DNA of 64,000 nt, from the IMG/VR virus record IMGVR_UViG_3300031857_000136, one strand, 5' to 3'. Made by a program: the position numbers and the translations under genes. This document shows positions 26,863 to 37,036 of this stretch, piece by piece; position 1 is the first letter of the stretch; each line of letters starts with the position of its first letter. This stretch comes from a virus. The notes below the pieces were generated by a model that had not been told where the DNA came from, did not search any database, and worked only from the letters and a program-made list of their open reading frames with translations.

Positions 26863-29800
26863 TTAGAGATTTTTAATAGCTTTTACAATTGAACCATTCT
26901 TTGCAGTCTTTTGATAGCCAATAAGAGTTCCAGACGGGTCATATAAAGGAAGACTTTTACTGGTAGCAGTTGCTCCTGGTTGTTGATTTGCTATATTTGG
27001 AATAGTGAATCGAGCTAGAGGATTCATATTAATAGCTCTACCTCTATTGTCATATCTATAGTTGTAAAGGTTCTCGTATATACCTGCTGTTCTATTCTCT
27101 AACAGGTTCTTGCTGTATTTATCAGCAATAGAATTAAGAGCTTCTTGTGTTTGAGCCTTAGTGTTAGACAAAGCTTTTGACTGTCTAACCATTTGTTCGT
27201 CATAAGTACCCATGTTCTTAAGTTGAGCATCATTTAGAATGTTTCTATTAGCCTCATAAACACGAGCTTTTTCAGCTTGGTTCAATCTAGTTTGTTGTCC
27301 TAGGACAGCAGAGTTTGCTGCATATTTCTGAGCATTCAATTGAGCTAGGGCAGCTGGGTTATATCCTACTAACCTCTGTGTAGCATTGTAGTCTGCTTGG
27401 TTAGCATTCAATTGATCCTGTAGAGAGATATCAAATGGGGTGCTTAACATAGGTTTATAGCTCTGTGCAAACACTGGTTCTACCTGATTATTAGCCAAAG
27501 CAAACATCTCTCCAGCTAATTGCGTAGGGTCTAATTCAAGCTGATTGCTAGGTCTTACATAAGGAAGAACTGTATTGTATGCAGTTTGCCAATCAAATCC
27601 ATCTTCTTCATCTCCATCATATTCTGTAATAATAGGTTGTTTTTTAATTGTAGAAGTTACTGTAACAGGATTTAATGGATTGTACTTGAAAGTATCTTCT
27701 GTGGTAGGTGTACGTTTAGTAGTTACCACTTCATCTATTGTATCATTCATTATATCATGAAAAACACCTGGTAGTGAATCTGTAGCTAAAGCTTTAATTT
27801 TTTCAACCTTTTGTTCAAATGTCATAGCTTTTGCTAATTCTTTTTTAGCTGCCTCAGCACCTTCACCTGTATAGTTTTCTATACGTTCAACAATTTCTTT
27901 AGCGGTCTCTGGATCAGAGAAAGCTTTTTCAACTTTAGGTTTCCATTCCTTTTCATATCTTCCAGGAGTGAAAAGAGGGTTTCCAGCTTGACCTAATGGA
28001 TTATAACTAAGTGGGTACTTTTCACTACCTTTAACTTTAAATTTACTTATCTTCTTTCCATCTTGAGCTGTTTCTGAGTCAGGTTGAGAGTTTCCAATCT
28101 GAACCCTATTAGCTTTAACGTCCTTGTTAAATTTAGCTACATCCTTATATCCAAACTCCTCAGCAGTGTCATGGATAGCTTGTTGTAATTTACCAAGCTT
28201 TTGTGTTTCAGCGGCAATATCTTTTAACTTCATATTGCCACCAAGAATCTGTGCTTGTAATGAATTCATTTCTAAGTTATCAAATGGTGAAAGCAGTTCT
28301 AAGTCTTTTAACTTATTTGTAGCTTTATCAATCATTTTATTTTGTTTGTTTGTATTTTTAGTTAGCTCTGTACCATAGGTTTTAAACTTCTTACCCTTAG
28401 CATCCTTTTTAAGATCTGCTAAAGCGTAGTTAGGTATATCAAGGGCACCAAGTACCATTAGGTTCTTTTCCCCTGTACCACCATCTTCAAGTTTAACCAT
28501 AGGTTCACCTCTTTCTACTTCTACAGGATTATCACCGTAAGTGATACCAATACCTGTGTTACCCTTACCATCACTTTGAGAATGATAGTTTCCTCTAGGC
28601 ATGTATGTTACACCACCATCTGGTAGATAAGGATTTTGAGAAGCAGCTTCTGTATATCCACCCCAATGTGTTTGAAGCTCACCACCCATTTGGAAGTCAG
28701 GTCTTTCTGTAGACATAGCTTCTGCACTAGGAGAAGTGTATTCTTTTAAGTGACCACCAGCTCTTAACATCTCTGCATCATGAGGAGGTTTTAATAAGTC
28801 TTTCATTTTATGTTCACCAAAGCTAGCAATCACCTGTGGCTGCCAATCATTACTTACCCATCCACCATCTTCTTTCATGTTAAAATACTTAAGTGGTATA
28901 GGATTGAATAACCAGTTTTTTACACCTTCCCATCCACCCATCTTAGGTACTAATTCTGAATGAACACGTTCTAAACTACCTATTCCTTTAGAAGGAACTC
29001 CAAACTGATTTTGAAATGCCTGACCAAAAGTGTGACGACTTCCTTTATCCATCAATTTAATTGCTAGAGCATACTTCTGTTGAGGGGTATATCCAGATGT
29101 ATCATCTGCTACAAATACATTAGGATTATTTTGCAAGTACTGATCTCTAATAGCATTCAATTGTTTTACCATCTTTTTGTCTAAAGGAGTATCATCAAAT
29201 TCATGTGTAAGTTCTGTCTGACCAGCTAGTGCAGCAGCTGCCTCTTTTGAAGCTTGTTTCTCATCTCTAGTAGCTTGTCTTTCTAATCCTTTCATTTGTC
29301 TAGCAGCCTCTGCGTTCATTCTTGCATTTTCTTTATTGATACCACGTTGAATACCACAGAACTGACCTACAGATCTATCTGCAATTGTACCAGCTTGAGC
29401 TTTTGGATATTCAACATATCCTCCATCTTCCATGAATGCACTATTTTGACCTTGTATTTGTTGAGCTCCTTGTTGTAAAGCAGACATTCCTAAATTTTGG
29501 AAACCTTGTTGATTTCTTTTTCTAGTACCAGAGTTAATTATTGCAGTGGTTAAATCTGTTGCAATGTTTACACCTGGCATTATTGTATTGTTAAATGTAT
29601 CTAAGAATCCACCAGCTTGAAACTGTTTAATGTTAGTATCACGCAACGGTGTATATTCAAGATTTGTATAGATTGTATTTGGAGCAAATGTATTTTGAAT
29701 CTCAGTTGGATTACCTCCAACTTCACCACCATCTTCTAGCTGTAGATAGTCAGTTCCTTCACCTTTAGGTTTATTCATTTGATAAGGATCAAATCTCATA

Positions 29801-30663
29801 TCTTCAGGTCTAACATATCTACGTTTACTGATTTCTCCTCTTGTACCAGCAGCTTCTTTTGAAAGTCTACTTAAGTCCACAAACTGATTTGATTTCTCTC
29901 TAGCTCTAATTGCACCTCTTATCTTTTGAAAGTTACCAATTAATTGTTGAGCACCTGGAGCATAACCAGCTATGGTGTCTAATAAACCACCACCTGGACC
30001 ATATCCAAGTCCTTGACCTCCACCACTTGGATTATATGAAAAACCTTGTTGTATTGAAGCATTGCTAGGATTAGCCCCTGGTTGTAATCGATACATACCA
30101 GCACCAGGATTAGCAGGACTATTAGGAGCACCAGCAGGAATACCACTTCCCATAAGAGGTTGGTTAGGGCCCCATAGATTAGAACCACCAGCTGGTATAC
30201 CAGAACCTGTACCTCCTTGTAACTTAGGTACATTACCACCTTTCTCCATAGCCATCATTGCTACATTAGCTATCTTACCTATGTTTTCTACATCCTTATT
30301 AATATTACTATTATTGTTAGCAGAATTAGCAGCCATCTGTTGTTGAGCTTCAGTGCTAGCTATTCTATTTCTCATTTGATTAGTCATACCTGTGGTCTGG
30401 TAATCTGCAGCATCATAGATGTCAGCAAAAGCAACATTGCCAACAGCATCTTGCTCACCACCTACATATGTACCCACCTCAGCCTGTGGAGGATTAGCAA
30501 AGTCAGTTAATTGTGTTAACTGTTTAGCAACCATAGACTTACCCATGGCAGCTTTCTTAAATGCTTTACCATGAGCTTTCATGAATGCTTCTTCTGTAGG
30601 ATACTTCTTATAGAATTCCTTTTCAGACTTTACTTTTGCGATCTTAAGGATTTGATCTTTCAT
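26863..30663 (-). CDS. 1266-aa large virion/cargo protein. The N-terminal part contains a G/P/Q/N-rich low-complexity segment (GSGIPAG x2).
   Basis: ORF track. Five [ED]DGG motifs are present (LEDGGEV, MEDGGYV, KEDGGWV, PDGGVTYM, LEDGGTG). Confidence 0.85.
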   Translation of the reverse strand: MKDQILKIAKVKSEKEFYKKYPTEEAFMKAHGKAFKKAAMGKSMVAKQLTQLTDFANPPQAEVGTYVGGEQDAVGNVAFADIYDAADYQTTGMTNQMRNRIASTEAQQQMAANSANNNSNINKDVENIGKIANVAMMAMEKGGNVPKLQGGTGSGIPAGGSNLWGPNQPLMGSGIPAGAPNSPANPGAGMYRLQPGANPSNASIQQGFSYNPSGGGQGLGYGPGGGLLDTIAGYAPGAQQLIGNFQKIRGAIRAREKSNQFVDLSRLSKEAAGTRGEISKRRYVRPEDMRFDPYQMNKPKGEGTDYLQLEDGGEVGGNPTEIQNTFAPNTIYTNLEYTPLRDTNIKQFQAGGFLDTFNNTIMPGVNIATDLTTAIINSGTRKRNQQGFQNLGMSALQQGAQQIQGQNSAFMEDGGYVEYPKAQAGTIADRSVGQFCGIQRGINKENARMNAEAARQMKGLERQATRDEKQASKEAAAALAGQTELTHEFDDTPLDKKMVKQLNAIRDQYLQNNPNVFVADDTSGYTPQQKYALAIKLMDKGSRHTFGQAFQNQFGVPSKGIGSLERVHSELVPKMGGWEGVKNWLFNPIPLKYFNMKEDGGWVSNDWQPQVIASFGEHKMKDLLKPPHDAEMLRAGGHLKEYTSPSAEAMSTERPDFQMGGELQTHWGGYTEAASQNPYLPDGGVTYMPRGNYHSQSDGKGNTGIGITYGDNPVEVERGEPMVKLEDGGTGEKNLMVLGALDIPNYALADLKKDAKGKKFKTYGTELTKNTNKQNKMIDKATNKLKDLELLSPFDNLEMNSLQAQILGGNMKLKDIAAETQKLGKLQQAIHDTAEEFGYKDVAKFNKDVKANRVQIGNSQPDSETAQDGKKISKFKVKGSEKYPLSYNPLGQAGNPLFTPGRYEKEWKPKVEKAFSDPETAKEIVERIENYTGEGAEAAKKELAKAMTFEQKVEKIKALATDSLPGVFHDIMNDTIDEVVTTKRTPTTEDTFKYNPLNPVTVTSTIKKQPIITEYDGDEEDGFDWQTAYNTVLPYVRPSNQLELDPTQLAGEMFALANNQVEPVFAQSYKPMLSTPFDISLQDQLNANQADYNATQRLVGYNPAALAQLNAQKYAANSAVLGQQTRLNQAEKARVYEANRNILNDAQLKNMGTYDEQMVRQSKALSNTKAQTQEALNSIADKYSKNLLENRTAGIYENLYNYRYDNRGRAINMNPLARFTIPNIANQQPGATATSKSLPLYDPSGTLIGYQKTAKNGSIVKAIKNL

Positions 30664-30681
30664 ATTGAACGTTTGTGTGTT

Positions 30682-33600
30682 TTATTTATATTTGTTTAAC
30701 CAACCACCATCTTTAAATGCTTTAATTTCCCCTTTACCACTCTTAAACCTTTCAGGTATATCAAACTCATACCAGGTATTACCTTTACTATCTGTTACTA
30801 TTTTAACTTCTTGCCCAAATAGTTTTTTAATGAGTTTAGGTTGTTCTGTATATTTTTTAAGAATGGTTACAGCATTTGGCTCATATATCTTACCTTTTAA
30901 CTTTCCACTTAAAACATCATTAATTAATTTTCTTTCATGCTCAGTTGATTTGTCAGTAAGTTCTTTAGTAAAGTTTGGATTTTGTGCTAGTTCCTCATTA
31001 TATCTTCTTATAATCTCTTCAGATTCAACACCTTCATAACCCTGTACCTTTGCTGCAGTTTCTGATGTGGGTACTCTTACTTTATTTACATCACCTCGTT
31101 TACCAGCATAATCCACTAGCTCTTGTAAATATCTTTCTTGATGATTTTTATCTAATAATGACTTCTGTTCAAAGTTTTCTACTTCTGCTCTTTTAAGTTT
31201 ACTAGAAGCATTTTCTTCTTTTACAATCTCTGTAAATTTATCAATCTCTTCATCTATTTGACTAATAGTTTCTTTATCTGCTTTATTTATAAGTAGTTCT
31301 TCTTTTTGTTTTTTTAAACTTTCAAGAACGTTATTACGCTGAGTCGCTATGTTTTCCAAACTTTGTAAAGAAAACTCTGCTTCTTCTAAACTTTTAGGCA
31401 TTGATCTATATCTACCTTGAAAAGCATCAGATTGCATTTGTGTCATTGTAAGAACATCTGGTGATTCAGCGTCTCTTATAAAATGAATATGACCAAGAGT
31501 TTCCATGGGATTATCATGAGCATCAGCCCCTCTACCAAATTTATCTTTATTACTTAATCTGATAGTTTGATTTTCTAAAGGAAGATCATTATACTCTTTT
31601 AAGTATATATTTAGATTTGCTTTCAATATATCTAAATAATCGCCTCCTTCACCACGTGCTTCAAATCTACGAATGTCTTCTTTTGCTTCATTTATACGAT
31701 TAAGAATAGCATCTTTATCAGCTTTAGTATATCCTAGGTTATTTATACCATAACTAGAACGATATGTACTAACAACTTCTTTATCTAAAGGAATAAGTTG
31801 ATCTTGTACTGTTTTCCTAAAATCATTATAATCCATCTTCTTAGGTAGATCTTTTCCTAATGCCTTTTTTATAATGCTTGCTTTACTAGCACCACCTGAT
31901 TCTTTTGCTATAATACCTAATGCTTGTTCTACATTTACAAGTCCTGTTTTAGGTTCTACTATCTTACTAATTGGACCTCCTTCTACTGTAGATGATAAAT
32001 GTAATCCTGGAAGTTCTTGTGGTTCCCAAGCTGATTTTACATTAGGTGTAACATCATTCATCATTAAATTAGAAGTGGTTCCTCCTTTTTCAGGTACATT
32101 TTTTAACGGAGTTAATTGTTTGAATGCTGATCCTAAAGCAGGAGAAAATACAGCACCTAAATCAAATGCATCCCCAAGCAATCCTAATGTACCTAATGTG
32201 TTTGCTAGAAATCCATTCCCTTGACCAATACCATAAGGGTTATTTTTAGGATCTCTAATTGCTCTAGATACTCTAACACTTGACATAATAGGAGTCATAT
32301 CTGCAACATTCTCAGCAGCTATCTTACCAGCAGCTTGATTACTTCCTGTTGGTGTGAAAGAACTTAATGTTTGAGCAAGAGGAGACTTACCTTTAGCTTC
32401 ATCCAAGTATGCATTAACAACTTGTTGTTGAGCAATCTCTTTCTGTCTAGGTGTTCTATTATCTTGTTTAACAGTTTCTTGTTTGCCTTTAGCTCTAGCA
32501 ACTGCCTCTGCAAGTATTTGTTGTGGTCTTTTCTGATCAGCTTCAGCTAATGCCTTATTCGTCTCATATGTTTGCTTCGCTATTTTCATTTGAGGAAAGT
32601 AGGATGCTATATCACCTCTGTTTTTATTCTCCTCCTTAAATATAGGATCAAACATAGATTTTCCATACTGAGCTGTATCAAATTTACTTAACCAGCCACC
32701 ATCTTTGCGTTTGTCAACGTTCAGTCCAAGTTTTTCAATTTCAAGCTTCTTAACCATGTCAATAACTGGATCTATAGTATACTTGTTATAAGTATCTCTT
32801 GTTTCTTTACCTAAAACACTAGCAGCTCCTAGTCCAAGTGTATACTTCTCAGCAAGACTTTGTAAATGTGGAGCCATGGTAGCAAACTGAAACTCGTTAT
32901 TCATCAGCTTCTGTTTGTCAATAGGAACATATCTTGTAGAAAAAGGAAGCCTTCTGTTAAAAGACATACCTGGTTCTGTAAGTGGTATTTCAGAAAGTCT
33001 TCTTCCTGCCTTATCAACCATAAGTACACCATTTCTATCAGGTACCTGAAGTGTAGATAAGTTTGCATCAGGGTTGTTCATATCAAAGGTGGCTTCAAAC
33101 ACACCTGGATAATTTTCAGATGGTTGATTTCTAGCTGCCCAGTTTCCTTCACTAACTATCTGATCTCTGCCCATTCTGAATTTAGAACCACCAGCAGGAC
33201 TTAATGCCTGTCTTTGTATAACATCATCTAGAGAGTTACCAAACTTTCTAAACGTCTGGTTTTTACCAGATAGTTTTCTGCCGTATCCAGGTATAAGATT
33301 TAAAGGACTCATGTCCATTATATCCATCTCTACACCCATTGCTTTTATAGGATCTATTCTCGGTGCTATATCATCTACTAAACCAAGTGGATTGAATCCT
33401 GACTTCTCATAAGGAGGAGAAACATAAGAAGGAGAAATAGATTTTGGTTTAGTCATTAGACTACGTACACCACTAAGGCCAGATGCCACACCTTCCATTA
33501 CTAACATAGGTTCTACTATATTCTCCATAGCTTTAGCTGCCACCTCAGAACTAGCTGCTCTATTTAATAGTTTAGCTTGTTCTGCTCTGTATGCATCTTT

Positions 33601-36159
33601 AGCTGCATTCATTCTCTGTTGGTCTCCAGGTTTTGGAGTGTATTGAGAAACAGTTTCTTGAGCATTTCTAGCTTTCTGATTCTTAATGTCCTTTTCAAGA
33701 GCTGCCATTGTTTCTAGATTAGATCTAGATAAAGGACCTCCAGATTGATACTTACTTAACCAGCCACCACTCTTCATCATTGGATACTCTGTAACATACT
33801 CACCATCAAAGTTATAGTCTTCTCCAGGATACATCATCTGTTGGTCCCCTGTATCAGATATTCCTAGTACGGGATAATCTACCCCTTCCATTGTTATGTC
33901 TGTTCCTGGTATTATAGTTACTTCTCCTGGATGTGCCCATTGTCCCATTGGGTCTACAATAGCACCCTCTTGAGCAATACTGTTAGGTTTAAAATCTAAA
34001 CCTTCTTGGTAGAACTTCATCTCTTTACCATTCTGTGCAGAAGCTTTTGTCTTCTTAGCATACTTACCATTGCTAGGAGCACTACCAGCTACACGTGCGT
34101 ACGTGAATCCTACAGCACCTGGTAAGCTACCACCCATAGCTTTTTTAGGAACAAACTTTGGATTCTTAGGATCAAATGGTAGATAATCATTAGTATTCCA
34201 AATGCGTCCATACCAAGTATCATTATAGTTGCTATTAGGAACTCCAGGGGCTGGATTGTTTATATTTTTATAATACCAATCTCTACCTTTGTTCATTAAT
34301 GTTCTTCTCTCGTTTTCAGAAAGCTTACCAATAGTACTAGCATATTCTTGATCAAATGAATATGGTGCATTCTTTCTACCAGACCATTTACCATCAGCAT
34401 CTAATTTAGATTGATCGTATTGTCTATAATATTCTTGTAAAGCATATGCTCTAGGATCTTTAGTTATTTTATTGTTATTCTCATCCCATCCAGCATTAAA
34501 GATAAAGTCCATAGCTTCACCAGCTTCCATTGCAGTTGCACCAGGCATTATCTTTTTTACTTCTGGATATACTTTATCCATTAGCATATTCATATACTTA
34601 GGATCACTATAGTATGGTAAAGGAGCACCGCCAGGTCCACCTCTTAATTGTTCATATTGTAATATCTTATTAGCTTGATGTCTAACACTGTCAGTAGTTG
34701 ATTTACTACCTCCATATTGCATTGTTCCACCCATAGCCATATCACCATCCTTTTCCTGTGCACGCATAGCCTTACGAATCTTCTCTGGGTCTGTTTCAGG
34801 AGTTCCATCTAAACGAAGAACTTTACGCTCTTTTAGTTTTGGTGTACTATATATAATTCTTTTACTACCACCAGTTGTATTACCTGTACCTAAGAAGTCT
34901 TCTTCACTAATCTCTATTCCATTTAATATGTATTTCTTACTTCCTGTAGGAGTATATGGTGCTGGTTTAGTTTCTTCAGATTTTTTAATTACTGGGGTCT
35001 TTTTCTTTTCTAGTTCAGTTTTTGATTCCTCAGTAGATGTAGACGGTTCTACCTTTTCATCAATTAAACCACTTTCTTTTCCATATCTTTTTAATCTAGT
35101 AGCTCTTTCTTTAGAAGTGAGCATACTTACAGGTTTAACTAATATAGGGTCATAAGAATATATAGAAACATTATCAGCAAATAAAGGATCGTCTGTTTTA
35201 CTATTTACATAATAATACTGCATTGTAGGAGTGATTCTATTATCAAATAGCTGCATTGGAGATTTTGTGTCTAATGCTCCAATTCTAGTTTCTCTTTGAA
35301 GATATCTATTAGCATCAAGTTTTTTGTAATATGAATCTACTGGGATAGTCTTAATTTCATATTTTTTACCTGTGTCTGTAGGCACTAAAATACCACTAGA
35401 TTTGTTTAATTTAAGGAAATCTGCTAGTGCCTCTCTATTATAACGTTTATAATGTTCTTTCTTTTTATAATCTATAGTACTATAATTTTTATATCTTTTA
35501 TCATTATAATAATCAAGTACTTTCTTAGAATTATTATAAAGAGCAAGACTATCTGCCATTGTAGGGATAGACTTACCTACCTGAGCTACATATCCACCAT
35601 CTTCCATATCTCCCCATCTCTTAAGTGGTGTAGGAATAGGTTTTCCTTTTTCTACATATGGATGTCTAATTTCTTGTTCCCATTTTTCAGCCTCTTGCCA
35701 TGTTTTAAATGGACCACCAAGATGTTCACCTGTCTTTCTATATTCAGCAACAGGATCTTTTAAATCCTTACCACCTTTAAACATAGGTATTAAATAAGCT
35801 GGTTCTCCGTCTACTCCTCCTATAGATGTAGCTAGTTCGGTACTAGGCTCAGCATAAGGAATTCTGTAACGTGAAGGTAGTTTGTAACTAATAGGTTGTA
35901 AGAAACCACCACTCTGAAACTGTCCACCCCATGCAGGAGAATAGTTTCTACCTGTTGTATCATTACCCATTCCTACAAAACCAGGACCTACAGATACATC
36001 CACCTCATTAGGATTAGGCTTCTTACCATAGTTATCTAACCAACCACCATCCTTCATGGTGTTATCTTTCCCACACATATGGCAAACATACATATCTTTC
36101 TTGCTGGAATCTGATTTATTCCAGGAATGTCCACATGTGCATTTAATACCTTTAGCCAT
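30682..36159 (-). CDS. 1825-aa large virion/cargo protein with an N-terminal zinc-ribbon-like CTCGHSWN...CHMCG.
   Basis: ORF track. Five KDGGW-type motifs are present (MKDGGWL, MEDGGYV, KSGGWLSKY, KDGGWLSKF, FKDGGWLNKY). An internal PGAVGFTYARVAGS (nt 34084-34110) is nearly identical to the major capsid protein N-terminus PGLTGFTYARVAS. Confidence 0.85.
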   Translation of the reverse strand: MAKGIKCTCGHSWNKSDSSKKDMYVCHMCGKDNTMKDGGWLDNYGKKPNPNEVDVSVGPGFVGMGNDTTGRNYSPAWGGQFQSGGFLQPISYKLPSRYRIPYAEPSTELATSIGGVDGEPAYLIPMFKGGKDLKDPVAEYRKTGEHLGGPFKTWQEAEKWEQEIRHPYVEKGKPIPTPLKRWGDMEDGGYVAQVGKSIPTMADSLALYNNSKKVLDYYNDKRYKNYSTIDYKKKEHYKRYNREALADFLKLNKSSGILVPTDTGKKYEIKTIPVDSYYKKLDANRYLQRETRIGALDTKSPMQLFDNRITPTMQYYYVNSKTDDPLFADNVSIYSYDPILVKPVSMLTSKERATRLKRYGKESGLIDEKVEPSTSTEESKTELEKKKTPVIKKSEETKPAPYTPTGSKKYILNGIEISEEDFLGTGNTTGGSKRIIYSTPKLKERKVLRLDGTPETDPEKIRKAMRAQEKDGDMAMGGTMQYGGSKSTTDSVRHQANKILQYEQLRGGPGGAPLPYYSDPKYMNMLMDKVYPEVKKIMPGATAMEAGEAMDFIFNAGWDENNNKITKDPRAYALQEYYRQYDQSKLDADGKWSGRKNAPYSFDQEYASTIGKLSENERRTLMNKGRDWYYKNINNPAPGVPNSNYNDTWYGRIWNTNDYLPFDPKNPKFVPKKAMGGSLPGAVGFTYARVAGSAPSNGKYAKKTKASAQNGKEMKFYQEGLDFKPNSIAQEGAIVDPMGQWAHPGEVTIIPGTDITMEGVDYPVLGISDTGDQQMMYPGEDYNFDGEYVTEYPMMKSGGWLSKYQSGGPLSRSNLETMAALEKDIKNQKARNAQETVSQYTPKPGDQQRMNAAKDAYRAEQAKLLNRAASSEVAAKAMENIVEPMLVMEGVASGLSGVRSLMTKPKSISPSYVSPPYEKSGFNPLGLVDDIAPRIDPIKAMGVEMDIMDMSPLNLIPGYGRKLSGKNQTFRKFGNSLDDVIQRQALSPAGGSKFRMGRDQIVSEGNWAARNQPSENYPGVFEATFDMNNPDANLSTLQVPDRNGVLMVDKAGRRLSEIPLTEPGMSFNRRLPFSTRYVPIDKQKLMNNEFQFATMAPHLQSLAEKYTLGLGAASVLGKETRDTYNKYTIDPVIDMVKKLEIEKLGLNVDKRKDGGWLSKFDTAQYGKSMFDPIFKEENKNRGDIASYFPQMKIAKQTYETNKALAEADQKRPQQILAEAVARAKGKQETVKQDNRTPRQKEIAQQQVVNAYLDEAKGKSPLAQTLSSFTPTGSNQAAGKIAAENVADMTPIMSSVRVSRAIRDPKNNPYGIGQGNGFLANTLGTLGLLGDAFDLGAVFSPALGSAFKQLTPLKNVPEKGGTTSNLMMNDVTPNVKSAWEPQELPGLHLSSTVEGGPISKIVEPKTGLVNVEQALGIIAKESGGASKASIIKKALGKDLPKKMDYNDFRKTVQDQLIPLDKEVVSTYRSSYGINNLGYTKADKDAILNRINEAKEDIRRFEARGEGGDYLDILKANLNIYLKEYNDLPLENQTIRLSNKDKFGRGADAHDNPMETLGHIHFIRDAESPDVLTMTQMQSDAFQGRYRSMPKSLEEAEFSLQSLENIATQRNNVLESLKKQKEELLINKADKETISQIDEEIDKFTEIVKEENASSKLKRAEVENFEQKSLLDKNHQERYLQELVDYAGKRGDVNKVRVPTSETAAKVQGYEGVESEEIIRRYNEELAQNPNFTKELTDKSTEHERKLINDVLSGKLKGKIYEPNAVTILKKYTEQPKLIKKLFGQEVKIVTDSKGNTWYEFDIPERFKSGKGEIKAFKDGGWLNKYK

Positions 36160-37025
36160 TATTTGTAAGAGATTTGAGATGGTGTAATAATGAATTGACT
36201 TATCAAATGGGCATCTGATCTATTATCTAGGACGTGTCTCACCTTTAAATCCTTCGCACGTAGAGGTTCTTTCTTAAATGATCTCTTTCCATAATCCATA
36301 TTTGGTTGATTTACAACCTTATCTATAGACAATGAGTCACAACCTGTTACAAACAAAGGTATGGATTTATCTTTAACTAATGACCAAAATGTATTATATT
36401 GATAAAAATTATCTGATTTAGTAAACATAATCGTCTTACTATCAGCGTTATACATAGGATACTTCAAGTATTCCTTTAAGTTATTTATTGGTTTAGGAAC
36501 TAATTCTAGTACACCAGAAGACTGTTGTCCATTGTATAGGACAGCTTTGTTGAAATAAACTGTGTTTGTTTCTATCTTAGCGTTATCATTGAACACACCA
36601 TCTGGTATAGGGAGGTATCTATATGCCTTTGTGTAATCTTTTACATTCTGTAAGATCTCATCATAATACTGATAGGCAAATGGATATTCTATAATATAAG
36701 GTTCTATGTTTCCGTAGAATATATTGTAAATTGTTGTGTTAGTTAAGTGCCTCCATAAAGATGGGGTGTTTGTAGGTACAAACTCAATAGCTGCTATATC
36801 TGTAATACATAGTTCCTCTATAGGCATTTGTAATCTTGTTTTACATTTTCCTGTAGATTCAATAATAATAACAGTAACATCATCACTAACCGAATAGGTG
36901 ATTCCAGAAATAACTTGGCTCTTAGGAATATTAGTTCCTAAGACATTTCCGTAGTTATCAGAAATCTTAAACGGTCCAGTTCTAATGCCAGCCTTTGTTA
37001 ATCTTATTGTTATTACTTTAGACAT
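36159..37025 (-). CDS. 288-aa hypothetical structural protein.
   Basis: ORF track. Its N-terminal ~60 aa (ITIRLTKAGIRTGPFKISDNYG...IIIESTGKC) are paralogous to the N-terminus of the 45826..46362 product (ITLTTAGSSTGPFSLYSDANSY...IIRVMSTGTC). Confidence 0.75.
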   Translation of the reverse strand: MSKVITIRLTKAGIRTGPFKISDNYGNVLGTNIPKSQVISGITYSVSDDVTVIIIESTGKCKTRLQMPIEELCITDIAAIEFVPTNTPSLWRHLTNTTIYNIFYGNIEPYIIEYPFAYQYYDEILQNVKDYTKAYRYLPIPDGVFNDNAKIETNTVYFNKAVLYNGQQSSGVLELVPKPINNLKEYLKYPMYNADSKTIMFTKSDNFYQYNTFWSLVKDKSIPLFVTGCDSLSIDKVVNQPNMDYGKRSFKKEPLRAKDLKVRHVLDNRSDAHLISQFIITPSQISYK

Positions 37026-37036
37026 ATCTTAATTAA

